Origin: Camelus dromedarius | Taxonomy: Eukaryota | Length of the DNA stretch: 64,000 nucleotides | Assembly (NCBI RefSeq): GCF_036321535.1 | Contig: NC_087437.1 | Span: 31,498,001-31,562,000 of the forward strand | Direction: 5' to 3' | Shown here: one piece after another, positions 47,429 through 61,100 of the stretch | Layout: each line of letters opens with the position of its first letter | Numbering within the stretch: position 1 is the first letter of the stretch | Notes under the pieces: generated by a model | Told to the model about the DNA's origin: nothing | What the model saw: the letters and a program-made list of their open reading frames with translations, nothing else | Databases searched by the model: none | Translations under genes and position numbers: made by a program

Positions 47429-50400
47429 CTACAAGAGCCAGCGCCTGCCTCACCTGTTTGCATAGAACACACGCTTCAGTGTGGACAGGGCCCATCCTTC
47501 CCAAACGCACTTTTCATTTCAATTTGATATTCAGAATCAGAATTATTAAAAGGCTTTTATGCCACAGAGGCCATGTGATGGGCACTGGAATGGCGCTCCC
47601 CCTGCACAGGGGCCTGCGGGGCGCGGGCAGATGAAGCCTGCCCTTTGTTCTCCGGCTGCATCTGTGAAAGCTGATCCCCGCCAAGCCACAGCCAGGCAGA
47701 GGGCACCCTTGTCCTCGCTGGCCTAGACCACGGGGATCTTTGATGAGATGAGTCTGCAGAGTGTCTGCCCAAGGACACCTCCCCCCACTCCCTTGTCCGA
47801 ACTGAAAACCTACTCGGGAATTGGAGCATATTTTCACTTGATGGAGATGAAAAGATGAACTCTCCACATTGTGAAAGCTGATGGAAGAATCTTTTTGTAG
47901 GCGCTTCACAATACGAATTTGGAATGCCTGCCCTTGGTTTTGATCTCTGTATTCAGCTGCATATAAAATGTTTTCGTTAATAAAAGCTGTCCCTTCTCAT
48001 TTCTCACCATCTAAGTCCCTGAAGTCATCTTGAAAGGGTCCAAACACAGCTCTGCAACTTTCGTAGTCGTCCCCTCAAGTTGCGGAATTTTTGGAGTGTT
48101 TTGAATTAAAAAATTACTTAAAATCATTCCATGTATAAAACATAAACACAACTCAAAAACAGCACTCCAAACTTGTTTACCATCAGGATCAGTCCCCTAG
48201 TTTTGAGTCAATAAAATATTCAGGCGTCTTTAATGGAATGGAACAAGCTCTTCCTTTGGGAGACAATGGAGAGCAGAGACTGATGTATGCAAACACCACA
48301 GCCCAGCAGGTTCCTGGGAACGCGCGCCTGGCTTGGGGCTGACTCCGGTTTGGCCTTAATGACTATTTTGACTGTGTCCTGTTTTGCAATTCCCCATCCA
48401 GCACCCGGGAGGTGAAGTGCTCCTTTCGTTTCAGAATTAAACTGTCTTCCAGCAAGCCTTGTGGGGTCCCCTCCACTTCTCCTCGGAGAGGCCCCCAGAG
48501 GAGGGAGGCACGCCAGCCTCCTCCACAGCGGTTCTCAGGGCCTCCGCGGCAGACTTTTTAAATAATTCACCCAGCCTCTTCCCTCCGTGATAGCCCCGGC
48601 TTCCCCACAACCAAATGATGTGTAATCACCTTGAAAAGAAAAATAAAACAAACACTTATCTGCAGCTCTGACTCAAAGAGCTGGATTCTATGGAAATTAC
48701 AGGCTTTCACTCTGGCTGTGCAGATGTGACCAGGAATCCACGCCGTAGCTAATGCAGGAGAGGGGCTGGCCGCCATGTGCACAGACGTGCCAGTGTGTGG
48801 GTGGCCCGGCGGGTGCAGCCGGCCCTTCCTGGGGAGGCTTGGGCTGGGCTGAGTGTCTGAGCAGGAAGCCCGGCTGATGCCTGACCACTTACAGGGAGAA
48901 TATGTAATTAGTAAACAAAACCTCAACAGCCCCCCACCCGGAGCCTGCGTTCCCACAGCCTCAGCCGTGCCTGGCCTCCCATTCCTGTGGCTGCGGCAGC
49001 TCGGACCCACCAAGCGCCTGGCTCTCCCATGGCCCCGCTCCGATGTGAACAGGCTGGCCTTTGATGACAGGAAGGGAGTGGAGTTTTCATCTTGGTTCAG
49101 GGAGACATTACCTCCCTCTTTGTGGATCAGTGATTGCTTTCAAAATACCGGGAATCATTATTTTACCTTACAGTAAGGGTTATTTTGTGCCATGATTAAT
49201 TTAGCTGAGGCTCTTAGAAAACAGTAAAAGCTGAGTGGCCTTATTAGTCCTCATTTTAAAAAGCACTTTAACATCCCCGGGCAGCAGGTCTGATGAGAAG
49301 TGCTACTTACCGTGACCCTCATGCACATTCCTTCTTCTGAACTGATTCTCACAGGGCTTTTTAGTTGCTCTGATGAAAATGCACTGGTTCCAAATGAATC
49401 AAATAGAAGTGAGGCAGGAATGCAATTTTTATCTCTAAAGAAGATCAATGCCAATTTCTAATGAAGGAGAAAGAAGTCATTTCATGCTACCTAGGAGGGA
49501 GACATCTTCATTCTAGAGAGAGGTAGGACAGGGGTTTGGGTTTAAAGTTTAATTAGAAAATGCCCAAAAGAAACTCATTTTTTAAGCTTGCTCACAACCT
49601 GGGACCCTGATTCAAGCTCTTCTCATCTTCTCATCTCTTCCCCTCTCCAACTTCCCCTTCCCTTCCTCATTTCCCATGTCTCTCTCTCTCTGCCTCCCCT
49701 CATCTCCCCAGGAATGAGTCTTTACAAGACCCATCAGTACATCTTGGGTGGTGCTGAAAGGCAGGGATTACAAACTCAGGGGATGGGTTGGCAGAGGGAG
49801 GCACCTCGCCCCAGCTCTTTGGATTCCACATTCTTCCCCTGAGGGGAGCAGCCCTGGTGGCCTGCAAACCCACACCACCAGCAGCCAGGAGGTCAGCAAG
49901 TGCCCTGAGAGCTGAGGAGTTTTCTGGAAACCGGTCCAAGCTGTACCTCTGTCACCAAGGATGTACCAGGATGTGCCAAACTCTTATTCCATGTGACAGT
50001 TTTAAAATTACCCTTTACATGTGCTCTTAATTTTTACGTAATAAAGGAACAAATGCTTTATAGTTAAAGACCACTTGGTGATTAAAATAAGTTTTACTGA
50101 TGGCTGACAACACAAGTAAGAGCTGATCTAAATCTTTATGAGCTCCACGAGGCCCACAGCTGCTTGTCAACAAGCCCTCCTCTCCCAACCCTATTTTCTC
50201 TGAAGCAACATGCCTCTCACTTTCCCCCAATTTTGTTTTGGCCTAGTAATTCTATCCTATTACACAGTTGCTCATCCTTTATCCTCCTGTTTTTGATTAC
50301 CAACTGTTGTTTATTTTAAATGTAGTTACTGGCTAATTAAATAGAAATTAACTACATTTAAAGACAGGGTTCCCAATTATTGGATTCTTGCTCCTTCCTT

Positions 50401-51625
50401 GGCAAATACTCATTCTTCTTTAGGCAGTTCTGACAGCAGATATCCTGAAGGCCAAGCCCAGCACCCTTTGCCAAGGCCCCTTCAGGCAACTACCTGCTAG
50501 ACCCAGAGTTGCAGGAAGTAGGGATGAGATGCTCTGTTCACCCATTAGGGCCCGGAGAAAGCTGGGCTGTAACCAGACCTGTTTCCTGTTGTGATTTGGT
50601 TAAACCATTTCTGATTCAAGACAGACTCTCCTACCAGAAGCTCAGGTTTATTTCACTGAAGAAGGAGGGGAAAAAACCTTGCTTTTCTTTGTGTTTTGGG
50701 GACAGCTGGACTGCATCTTCCTTTCCACCCAAACACTGAGCACTGCTTGGTTGGGTGGAAGGGCAGCTGGCTCCCTTCCTGGGTTGGACAGAGCACACGG
50801 ACTAACTAAATCAGCGGGCTTCAGGGAACAGCTGAGCTGTAGGCTTCTGACTTTCAGGTCAAACCCATTGTGCTAATCACCCAGATAATCTGATATGGGC
50901 ATCATTTATTCTAGAATAAGAACAAGAAACACATCGGTGACAGAATTCCATAATGCAAGCCTTTTTCCATCTCGATATGCGCTTCTGTAGATTTTGCACA
51001 GATGTATATAAATTCTATATGGGTATGTCTCCATTTACATAGCCTTCCAATCGGGAAATGTATTTTCCTGTCTGCCTATTGTTAAGCTACCCAACTTTCA
51101 AGGTTCAACTCAGGCCCATCTCCTCTTTCATGCAGACTTTCCCTAAGATACTGAGTCAAGTCCTAGCTCCATCACTTAGTAGCAGTGTGGCCCTGAGTTA
51201 ACCCTCTGAAGTCCTCTAGTTCTTATTTTCCCAACAGGGAAAGCAGGGCATTACTGTTAAGATCAAAAGGTTTAATAAGTGTGAATGATATTAAGTTCTA
51301 CACAGATGTGAGGCAACGTTATAATTCCATTATGACTCCTTGTCATTATTGCATCCTAGAATGCTATTTGGGCATTCATTATATCTTACATCATTACTTA
51401 ATTGTTCCTGATATGCTTGCCTGTTCTCTCTAATTAGGTTGTAAATGACTAGAAAGTAATCAAAGACAGATTTATCTACAAGGGTGATTCAACCTTGCTT
51501 ATAATAGCAAAAAAAAAAAAAAAATGGAAAATTGTCTAAAAGTACAATAATAAGGGACTAGGATTGGTTTTAAAAAGCAGATTACATATTCATTTAATAG
51601 AATACAGTTCAGTCGTTAAAATGAA

Positions 51626-54600
51626 AGGGAAGGATGGAAAGAGCTAGAAGGGGCATCACTTTTACCCTTACAAGAATAACTGGATTAATGTCAAAAATCA
51701 CAACTTCTCTATGTTAACTTGTCAAAGAGCTGAAGTTGCAAAGCAAACTACAGACCCAAAACCTAAGAAGGGATAATGTCTGCAGAGAGAAAGGGAATGC
51801 AAAGTACTCACCAGGGGTAGTAGATGCCACCAGACACCAGTAAGTGAGTTCAAATAAAATAGCTGATAAATTGGTAAAGATGGAATACAGGCTAACAGGC
51901 AAGTGTGAAACCCTAGAGGGCCACAGAATTTGGAGGATTCTACACTTCTTTCAGGCTCTTTCTCCACAACCCCAGCAGATCCTCACAGAAAAGACTGGGA
52001 CAAGCCCTAAGTTAGGTCAGCATGTTGTAGAGCTAGGAGGGTGGTAGAGCAGTTTTGTGGGAAGGGCCAGAAACACTGGCTGGGTCCATCTCTCCCACCT
52101 CTGATAGGGAAGATAGCCTTACTCTATAGAGGGAAAGGGCACCAAGCACAGCTGCCCTGAGGCTTTGGAGAAAATTCATTGCAAGTGGATGAAAGGCGCC
52201 AAAGGGAAAACTCAAGGAGGGATAGCCTCACACCCTGGGCACACAACACAGCCAGGGCGGAGGACGAGAACCGAAAGGCCATATCCTATATGGTGCACAC
52301 CTAAGACTGAAGCTTATTCAGAACACAGAGAACAGATTCCCACACTATACCTCCCCCACTGCAAGCTGGCAACAAATTACTTGAATGACAAGTAGCAGTA
52401 GAATATTACTGAGAGAGCGAGATGGGAGAGACACAAGAGCAAGCAAAGACACTCTTGCTAAGGTACAATGCAAGGAGAAGACCTAAAATTCAGAATCAAG
52501 CAGATCTTGTTCTGGTAAATTCACTTCCAACCTGAACACAAGGTATCTCTATAAGAATTTAAAGCCTGTGATACATTGAGAATCAGCATAGCAACCCAAA
52601 CCTAGATTGCTTCAAGTCACTACATTAAAAGCCTAATAGAAGGAAAGGTACCCTCATATTAAGACTTAAAAACTACTTATTCCAGGCCCTACTAACATTA
52701 CACAACATGATCAGCTCTCAACAGAAAATTACAAGGCACAAAGGCAAGGAAAAAACACACTCCAAAGAAACAAAGTAAACATTGGAATCAGATAGTTATG
52801 ATACACATGTTGGAACTATCTGACAAGGAATTTTAAGTAGCTATAATTAATATGTTAATGACCCTAGTGAAAATGATAGACAACATGCAAGATCAGATGA
52901 CTAATTTAATCAGTGATAGAAAAAATGAGAAAGAATCAAATCAAAAAGCTAGAAATGAAAAACACAATAACAGAGATTAGGACTGCCTTACACAGTTTCA
53001 TCAATAGACTCAGACAGATGGGCAGTGAATCTGAAGATAGATAGGTCAATATAAATTACCAAAAATGAAACACAAAGGCAAATAAGAGTGGGAGGCAAAC
53101 AGAACTAACATCCAAGAGTTATAGGACATTATTAAACATTCTAACATATGCATAATTGGAACCCTAAATGTAGAAGAGATAGAGGGGGAAGCAAGGTACA
53201 TCTGAAGACATAATGACTAAGAGTTACCTAAACTTAATTGCAAACACTAAACCACAAATCAGAGAGCACAAATCAGATAACACAACACATACATCCCTAG
53301 GTATATCATAGTATTCAAACTGCTGAAAACCAATGACAAAGGAAAAACATTAAGGGCAGCCAGAGAAAAAGAAACATTACATACAGAGGAACAAAGAGAA
53401 GAGCTGCAACAGAATTCTTCTCAGAAATAATGCAAGCCAGAAGACAGAGAAGTGACATATTTAAACTGCTAAAAGAAAAAAAAAAAAAAAACAAAACAAA
53501 AAAGCCTGTCAACCCAGGATTCTATATCCAGCAAAAATGTCTTTCAAAAAAGAAAGAATTTTAATGACTTACAAAAATTGAGGGAATTTATTACTAGAAA
53601 ACCTACTCCATAAGGAATGTTAAAGAAAGCTCTTCATGCAAAAATAATATGATATTAGACTGAAGGTTAGATCCACACAGAGAAATGAAGAACTTGGAAT
53701 ACATAAATAAGGGAAAAATAAAATTCATCTCTTTTCTTATTTTTGATTGCTCTAAAAGATAACTTTTCATTACTGAAAACAATGATAGTGGCATGTATTC
53801 TACCTTCACAGCACGTGTAAAAGTGAAAGGTATAAAAATAATAGCATAAAGGATGGAAGGGAGGAGTTGAGATTATACTGCTGCTAGGTCCTTATATAAC
53901 ACATTAAAAAGTATCATATTTGAAGGTGGACTCAGGTTAATTAGAGATGTATACTGCAAACCCTAAAGAGACCACTAAAAATATATTTAAAGAAAAATAA
54001 ATAATAATTCAGTAGGGGAGATGAAATAGAACAAAAAAAATTCTCAACACAAGAAAAGGCAGGAAAAGAAAGAAAAAAGGACAGATGGAACAAGTGAACT
54101 CACCTTAATTATAAAGACAGATAGATTAAAAATAAAAAGATGAAGAAAATTATGCCATGCAAACACAAATCAAAAAGAAAAGTTGGAGTAGCTATGCTAT
54201 CAAAGTAAACTTCAGAACAAGAGATATTATCAGGGATAAAGAGGTATACTACATAATGATAAATGGTTTCGTTTTCCAGGAAAACATAACGAATTAACTT
54301 GTGAATGCACCTAACAGCACAGCTTCAATAGACTTGAGACAAAAAGAGATGGACCTGAAAGGAAAAAAATACACAATTATCTCTCAGTAATTAATAAAAG
54401 AAGCAGACAGATTGTGGAAATAGAACCCCTGAACACTATTAACCACTGTGCCAAATTAACACATATAGAACACTCCATCCAACAATAGCAGAATGTATTT
54501 TCTTTTCAACTACACATGAAACATTCACCAATATGTGCCATATTCTGTGAAATAAAATGACCTTTAAAATATAGAAACCATTCAAAGTATGTTCTCAGAC

Positions 54601-57231
54601 CATAATGAAATTAAACTAGAAATCAGTAACATAAAGATATCTGGAAAATCCCCAAATACTGGAAATTAAACAACCCTCTTCTAATAATCTATGAACCAGA
54701 GAGAAAGTCTCAAGGGAAGTTAAAAAAGATTTTTGTTGGTGCAGCCACTATGGAAAACAGTATGAAAATTCCTTTAAAAACTGAAAACAGACTTACCATG
54801 TGATTCAGCAATCCCACTTCTGGGCATACATCTGGAGGAAACTCTAATTTGACATGATACATGCTCCCCAATGTTCACAGCAGCACTATTTACATTAACC
54901 AAGACATGGAAGCAACTTAAATGTCCATTGACAGATGAATGGATAAAGATGTGGCATATATACACAATGGAATACTACTCAGCCATAAAAAGAATGAAAT
55001 AATGCCATTTGCAGAACCATGGATGGACCTAAAGATTATCATACTAAGTGAAGTAAGCCAGAAAGAGAAAGACAAATACTGTAAGATATCACTTATATGT
55101 AGAATCTAAAAAATGACACAAATGAACTTAGACTCACTGACATAGAAAAACTTATGGTTACCCAGGGGGAAAGCAGGGAAAGGGTAAATTGGGAGTATGG
55201 GATTTTCAGATATTAACTACTATATACAAAATTGATAAACAACAAGGTCCTACTGTATAGCAGAGAGAACTATATTCAATATCTTATAGTAACCTATAAT
55301 GAAAAAGCATGTGTGTGTGTGTGTGTGTGTATAACTGAATCATCATGCTGTGTGCCAAAGACTAACACAACAATCAGAAAACAATCTAATTCTTAAAAAC
55401 AGGCAAAAGGTCTGAACATACATTTTACCAAAGAACATATTCAGATGAGAAATAAGCATAAGAAAAAGTGCTCAATATCATTAATCATTAGGGAATTATA
55501 AATTAAAGCCACAATAAGGTACCACAATATGCCTATTTGAATATTTAAAATGTAATAACCTGGCAATATGCAAAATGGTGAAAATGCAAAATGGTACAGC
55601 CACTTTGGGAAACAACTTGGCTGTTTCTTATAAAGGTAAACATTTATCTATTATCTGACCCAGCAATCCTACTCCCAGGTATGTATCCAAAAGAAAAGAA
55701 AACATGTTCGTACAAAAACCTGTAAATAAATATTCATAGCTGCTTTAAAATTGGAAACAACCTAGATGTTCCACAAACTGTAGTATATCCATATATAGAA
55801 TGCCTCCAGCAATAAAATAGAATGAACTATTGATTCACAAGACAGCAGGCATGAATCTTACCTGCATTTTTGCAAAGTGAAAGCAGACAGACCCAGAATT
55901 GTTTGATTCTATTCACATGACAGTCTGGAAAGGGTAATATCATAGGGAGGAAAATAGACAAGTAGTTGATGGATCAGGGCTTGGGGGAGGGTTGTCTGTA
56001 TAGGACTAGCAGGAGAAACTTTGGGCTGATGGAGTTGTTGTGTATAAAATGATGGTTCATAATACTACTCTATGCATTTGCCCAATTTGGTAGAATGGTA
56101 ACAAAAAGTGAGTTTTACTACATGTTAAAAAAAATCTACCAGAATGTGGGAGAAAGATGGAATGCAAATTGTGACAAATGCATTTAACTTATTACAAATG
56201 AATCACATAAGCACACTGAAGGGGATGGGGAAAAAGGAGCTGACCTAAGTAACTTTAGAAAAACAGTGTTTTGATTTGATAGAAGGCTGAAGCACCAAAC
56301 ATAAACACTGCACTTCAGTTGTTTCTCACAGGGGGATGGGCTAGGAATTCTGACACTGCTTGGGTTAAACAAATAACTAAATATATTGTTGGTAATCAGA
56401 GTCAGGTTTCTTGCTATTGGAGAAAGAAGTGACATGTAAGGACACAGTGAAGGCTCTAATGACTCCTGTGGTGCTCAATTGGTTTCAGATGTATCAATAT
56501 GGACCCATGTTTTAAATGTTAAATTAAAAAAATTTTTTAACATATACAGATAAACTGGTACAGAAATATAGATATGTTTGTATGCACAAATTAGTGTATA
56601 CTTCACACACACACATGCACGTATTCCTAGCTCTCTGCACTGAGAGGGGTTATAAACAATGACACCACAGTAACAAGGAGAACATCCAACTCCCCATGGT
56701 ACTGGTTTCTAAATACCAGTCTCCAATAGAAGAGATCAGGGATCTTTGGAGAACTGTTGGATTCCAGGGGCTGGGGTAGTGGATGAGCCTGGAGCATCTG
56801 TGGTGTCTGAGTGTAAGCAGCATAAAAGATGCACAGGAACCATCTGAAAGAGCTCCCAGTAATCAACGATGGAACAATTTGAACAGCAAAAGAAGAAGGA
56901 ATAGTACAATATTAGATTATAATGAAAAGAATAAAATCAATGTCCACAAGTCCACATGGATATAAATGATTAAATAAATAAATGGGAGAGAAGGAACAGC
57001 TCTTCCTCCGAGAAGAATACCAATTAATAAATGCAGAAGGCATGAAGGAAATAGAAAATCACCATCAAAACACCACACTAATCATTGCTTGCAGGCAAGA
57101 TCCACCAATGTATGCTCAAAAGAGTGGGCAAATATTTAACTAGAAACAGGATATTTGCATAGTCTCCCAGAATGACTGCATTATTTCTGCCATTCTTCTT
57201 TAAATCCAAAGCTACCTCAAAATAAAATATT
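51626..57231 (+). mobile_element. Old, originally near full-length L1 (L1MC/L1MD-like), decayed and internally deleted
   Basis: Order 5'UTR, ORF1 remnant (~52790-53620; ctgtcaacccaggattctatatccagcaaaaatgtctttcaaa), ORF2 endonuclease remnant (~54100-54735), ORF2 end and long 3'UTR (55373-57231). Candidate 10-bp TSD ttaaaatgaa at 51616-51625 and 57232-57241. Confidence 0.8.
54736..55372 (+). mobile_element. Younger artiodactyl-type L1 3' fragment nested in the old L1
   Basis: Closely resembles 46085-46765 (ggtgcagccactatggaaaacagt...cccaatgttcacagcagcactattt...aacaacaaggtcctactgtat); contains (GT)n at ~55310-55330. Confidence 0.9.
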
Positions 57232-57834
57232 TTAAAATGAATAATAAAGAGAGGAGAATAGTAACATGGAAAGATGACTTATTAAATTTTAAAAAGCAAT
57301 ATGATACCAATTGTGTGTGTGTACACCTCCACACACACACATTCACACCCCCCCAAACAATTTAAACCAAAATGTGAGACATAGCTATTTCTTGGTGGTG
57401 TCAACATAGGTGATTTCAAATTTATATTATTATTATTATTATTATTATTGTTGTTATTATCGTTTATAAGTATTTTCTAAAATTTTCTACAATGACCATG
57501 CAGAATAAAAAAATGTATTTGAAACACTCCTTGAAGGATGTGTTACATATCTTCTGTATTTTATCTTGTGTTGAAAACAATAGTGGGTACTGACAAAGTG
57601 AATTCTTGAACTGAAGCATTGCCTTGCTATTTCCTTTTGCAAAATAGATAACCATTCCCCAATTTATATTTGTATATAGCACTAACCTTAGTGCTTTGCA
57701 CAAAATACTCAGTAATAGTTGAATTATAAATATAGGTTCTGCTGTATTTAAATTAGTATAAAGTGAAGTACACCTGAAAAAATAACATCTATATCATCTG
57801 ATAAATAGAAGTAACAGAAAACACTTGGAGTTAA

Positions 57835-58195
57835 GTATGTACTAGCACACTATATACTAGGCACTATTCTAAGCACTTTGCATGTATTAACTTATGCACT
57901 CCTCACCACAGCTCAGCAGATGGGGGTGGTACTATTACTCTCATTTTACAGATGAAGAAATCGAGGCATAGAAATTAAGTAATTTGCATGTAGCAGGCAG
58001 CAATAGGAAGCACTTCTAAATTCACTATCATTTTACTTCTCACAGCAACTCACTGAGTTAGGTCCCATTACCCCAGTTATCAGCTGTAAAACCTGAAGCT
58101 CAGAGACGTAGGTGACCCACCAGCCTAGCTGAAAGTGACAGGACTGGGACACTTGACCTCAAAACTCGTGCTTTTCCAGCTATATCATGCTGCCT
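57835..58195 (-). mobile_element. Two adjacent MIR fragments
   Basis: aggcactattctaagcactttgcatgtattaact...cattttacagatgaagaaatcgaggcatagaaattaagtaatttgc, then a second more diverged core. Confidence 0.75.
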
Positions 58196-61100
58196 CATGC
58201 ATTAACATGAGGTGGGCAAACCAAAACAGGAAATCACCAGAGAACTGTCAAAACACATTTCCAGTGGAGAATTCCAAACACGGATTAGTTCTTTCCCAAG
58301 TCTGCTTAAATTGCACACCATCCACCTGCGTGTTTTTGCCTTCTCTACCAGCTGAGAAGGGTGACATTTATTGTTCTCTAGTTTAAATCAGAAAGGCATG
58401 CAATACTATAATCACCAATGAAGCTACATATTAGCTTACAGAGGTTTTTTTTCCCTCCTTTAAATTAAAGAGGCAGTGAAAGGTACAATCTTGCTTCTGT
58501 TCCCAGGTCTCTGAGAAAGTCATTGTGGGCATTCTCAAGGCAAAAAGAAAGTAAAATCATTTTTAGAGAATAGTGCCCTGTTGACAAGTTGGCAGGCCTG
58601 CCTTGTTTGGAAAAGAATGTGCAGAAAACCTGAAAGATAATTAATGTGTGGTAACCTGACAGCACGCATCAGGGCCACAGTATGCCTGGCAGAGGCAGAT
58701 GTGGCCACACAGTTTATTAATGCTGTGGAGTTTGTTTAATTCCAGTTGAGGCAATTAGAGAAGGCTGTAGAATCTGGAGAGAACTCCAAAAGAGACTCTC
58801 TGATCTCAGCTGCAGTGGGGTGGATCTAAGTCACCACCTTGGGCCCCAGGAGATGAGGCCAGAATTCCTCATAAACCTATTTGCTTTTCTTTGACAATCA
58901 TCTCCACATCGCCCATCGTGATGGAGGAAAGTAAGGGCATCAATGGTCAAAATAAAGGAGAATTTTGAAACTGGCCTTACAATGTACTACACAACGTGTC
59001 CAGTATTCAGCTTACCTTTTTACTTGTATTTTGCTTGTGTCAATTAAAATCATAGGTGTTTCCAATTTTACAGTGTGGAATAAATTTTAGTAAAATTGTG
59101 TACGAAGCGATTTTCTATCAATGTAATACTGTTCTGCTGATGATTTTTAAAAATTAAAGATACGTGTCATTGGAGGAAAAAAATAGCTAGGTAGCACTGG
59201 TTTTTTTTTTGTTTGTTTGTTTTTGTTTTTTTGTATTTTGAAATGCTTTATAGCACTCTGAGAATGCTCATTGCTCCCTTGAACTGAGACTTCTCCTATC
59301 CCTACCTTCTTTTTTTCTCCCTTCCTCAGACTATGAAAATCCTCACTTGGGCCCAAAGATCCTCTGTCTCCACTTTTGCAGTTCTTGAAATTCAGGTAGA
59401 TCTCTTTCTGCTCTGTGTATTTATAGTGTCCAACTGAGCTAGAACGCACTAGCACACACAGCTAACAGGTGCCACTCTAAGCTATGAGGGACCCCAACAT
59501 GCTCTCTCCATTTACGAATTCTTTCATGCAGAGAGGTGCCCCGTTCTATAAGATCATTGACCTTGGGAGTCTATCAGACGGATCTGTTCGTAACGCTACA
59601 CTTGCAGTGTCTCTGAGCCTAGAAACCGATGGCAAGGGAAGCAATCCAACAATATACTGAGCAAACAGGGAAAGCCAAGCTGCTGCTAAATATTTTCCAA
59701 AAGTCTTCCCTCTGTGGGGTTCATCGGCCAACAGATAAACAAGTGACTTTGAGTCTTTAAAAAAAATTAAATAAGAACAGAATTTTTTCTAGGCCACACG
59801 TAGAGCCTGTCAGAGCTACACAAGCTGCTTGCCAAATGCCTCTACCCGCCCCCCACCCACCTGGCCTGCCTTTTGCAGACGAAAGAGAACACGTGCGGCT
59901 TTTGTTTAGCTGTGGATCAGTGTGGGGTGTCACTGATCTGAGCGATGCCACCGTGTGCCCTGGGCAGGACTCCAGCCTCCCAGCAAAGGATTGCCGTGTC
60001 TTGCCAGGATTTTGTGTTGAGCCATTATGTGCTCTTGCTCTTTCTACCTGCCTTTTCCTGACTGCCGGGGAGGGGTCAGCTGGCTTCAGCAACTCCTTTA
60101 CACTCCCACATGTGTTTTTCTATAGAGGAAAGCAAGAAACGTTGTAAGACCTCTCTCCCACCCTTTCCAAGGAGAGGGGTCCAAAATCCCCCACATAAAG
60201 CTTATTGCTGGTACTGTGTCCAGCAGGGCTTCTTGTCTCTAGTGAACCTGAGTAGCTCATTGAGAATGAGACGTTACCCAAAGGCAGCTCCCTTCAGCAA
60301 ATGGCGTAGGCTTCCTGGCTTTATTTCCTCAGCTCTGGAGCTCATCATGCCATAAACCACAGGGACTTGGTAGGCATGTTAATGTATTAGCACCACATGG
60401 AGAACACTCACGGAACTCACATGCAGAACATGTGATGTCAGACCAGTTTACATGAGTCCAAATTTTGTGCAGCTGTTAGACGCAGATGTTTCATTTCATT
60501 TTTTATGTCAGCGCCATCCCAATAAATCCACTGATTCTGAGACTGAAAAGTCAAGAAAGTTCTGTGTGCTCACAGATGTTTCAGAGCCAGGAAACTGCAC
60601 CACATCTGTGTGGACCTGCTTTTGCTACCAGGGGTCACATCAGAGCCTTGGTTCCTGTACTCCTCGCAGAAAGGCAAGCACGATTTCTATGGAAATCAAT
60701 AGAAAAGCAAATGTAAAATACACAAAATGAGAAACTATTACCTAGGATTGGATGTACTCCTAGAAACAGACTCTTGCAAAGGAAGAATTCAGGAAAGACA
60801 TTGCAGTTTCTTCAGAAGGTATTTGATACAAACCACACATCAAAAATAATTAGCTTCTGACAAGAAAAAGTGTTTACTAACAAGTGTCCCGGGCTCTACC
60901 TCTTAAAGAATCAGCAAGCCTGTCTTGGGTTTGCCTTAGTCAGGGCAAGATGAATCACTCTGACCAGTAAAGGAAAACCTTCAAAGGTTGTCACCAAAAT
61001 AATGCTGATCTTCAAAAATAAATAGCTCTCAGCATTTCCTTGGAATTAAAGATGAAAGACTATACATTTTTTTAATGCCTAGATTTTTAGATTTATATAT

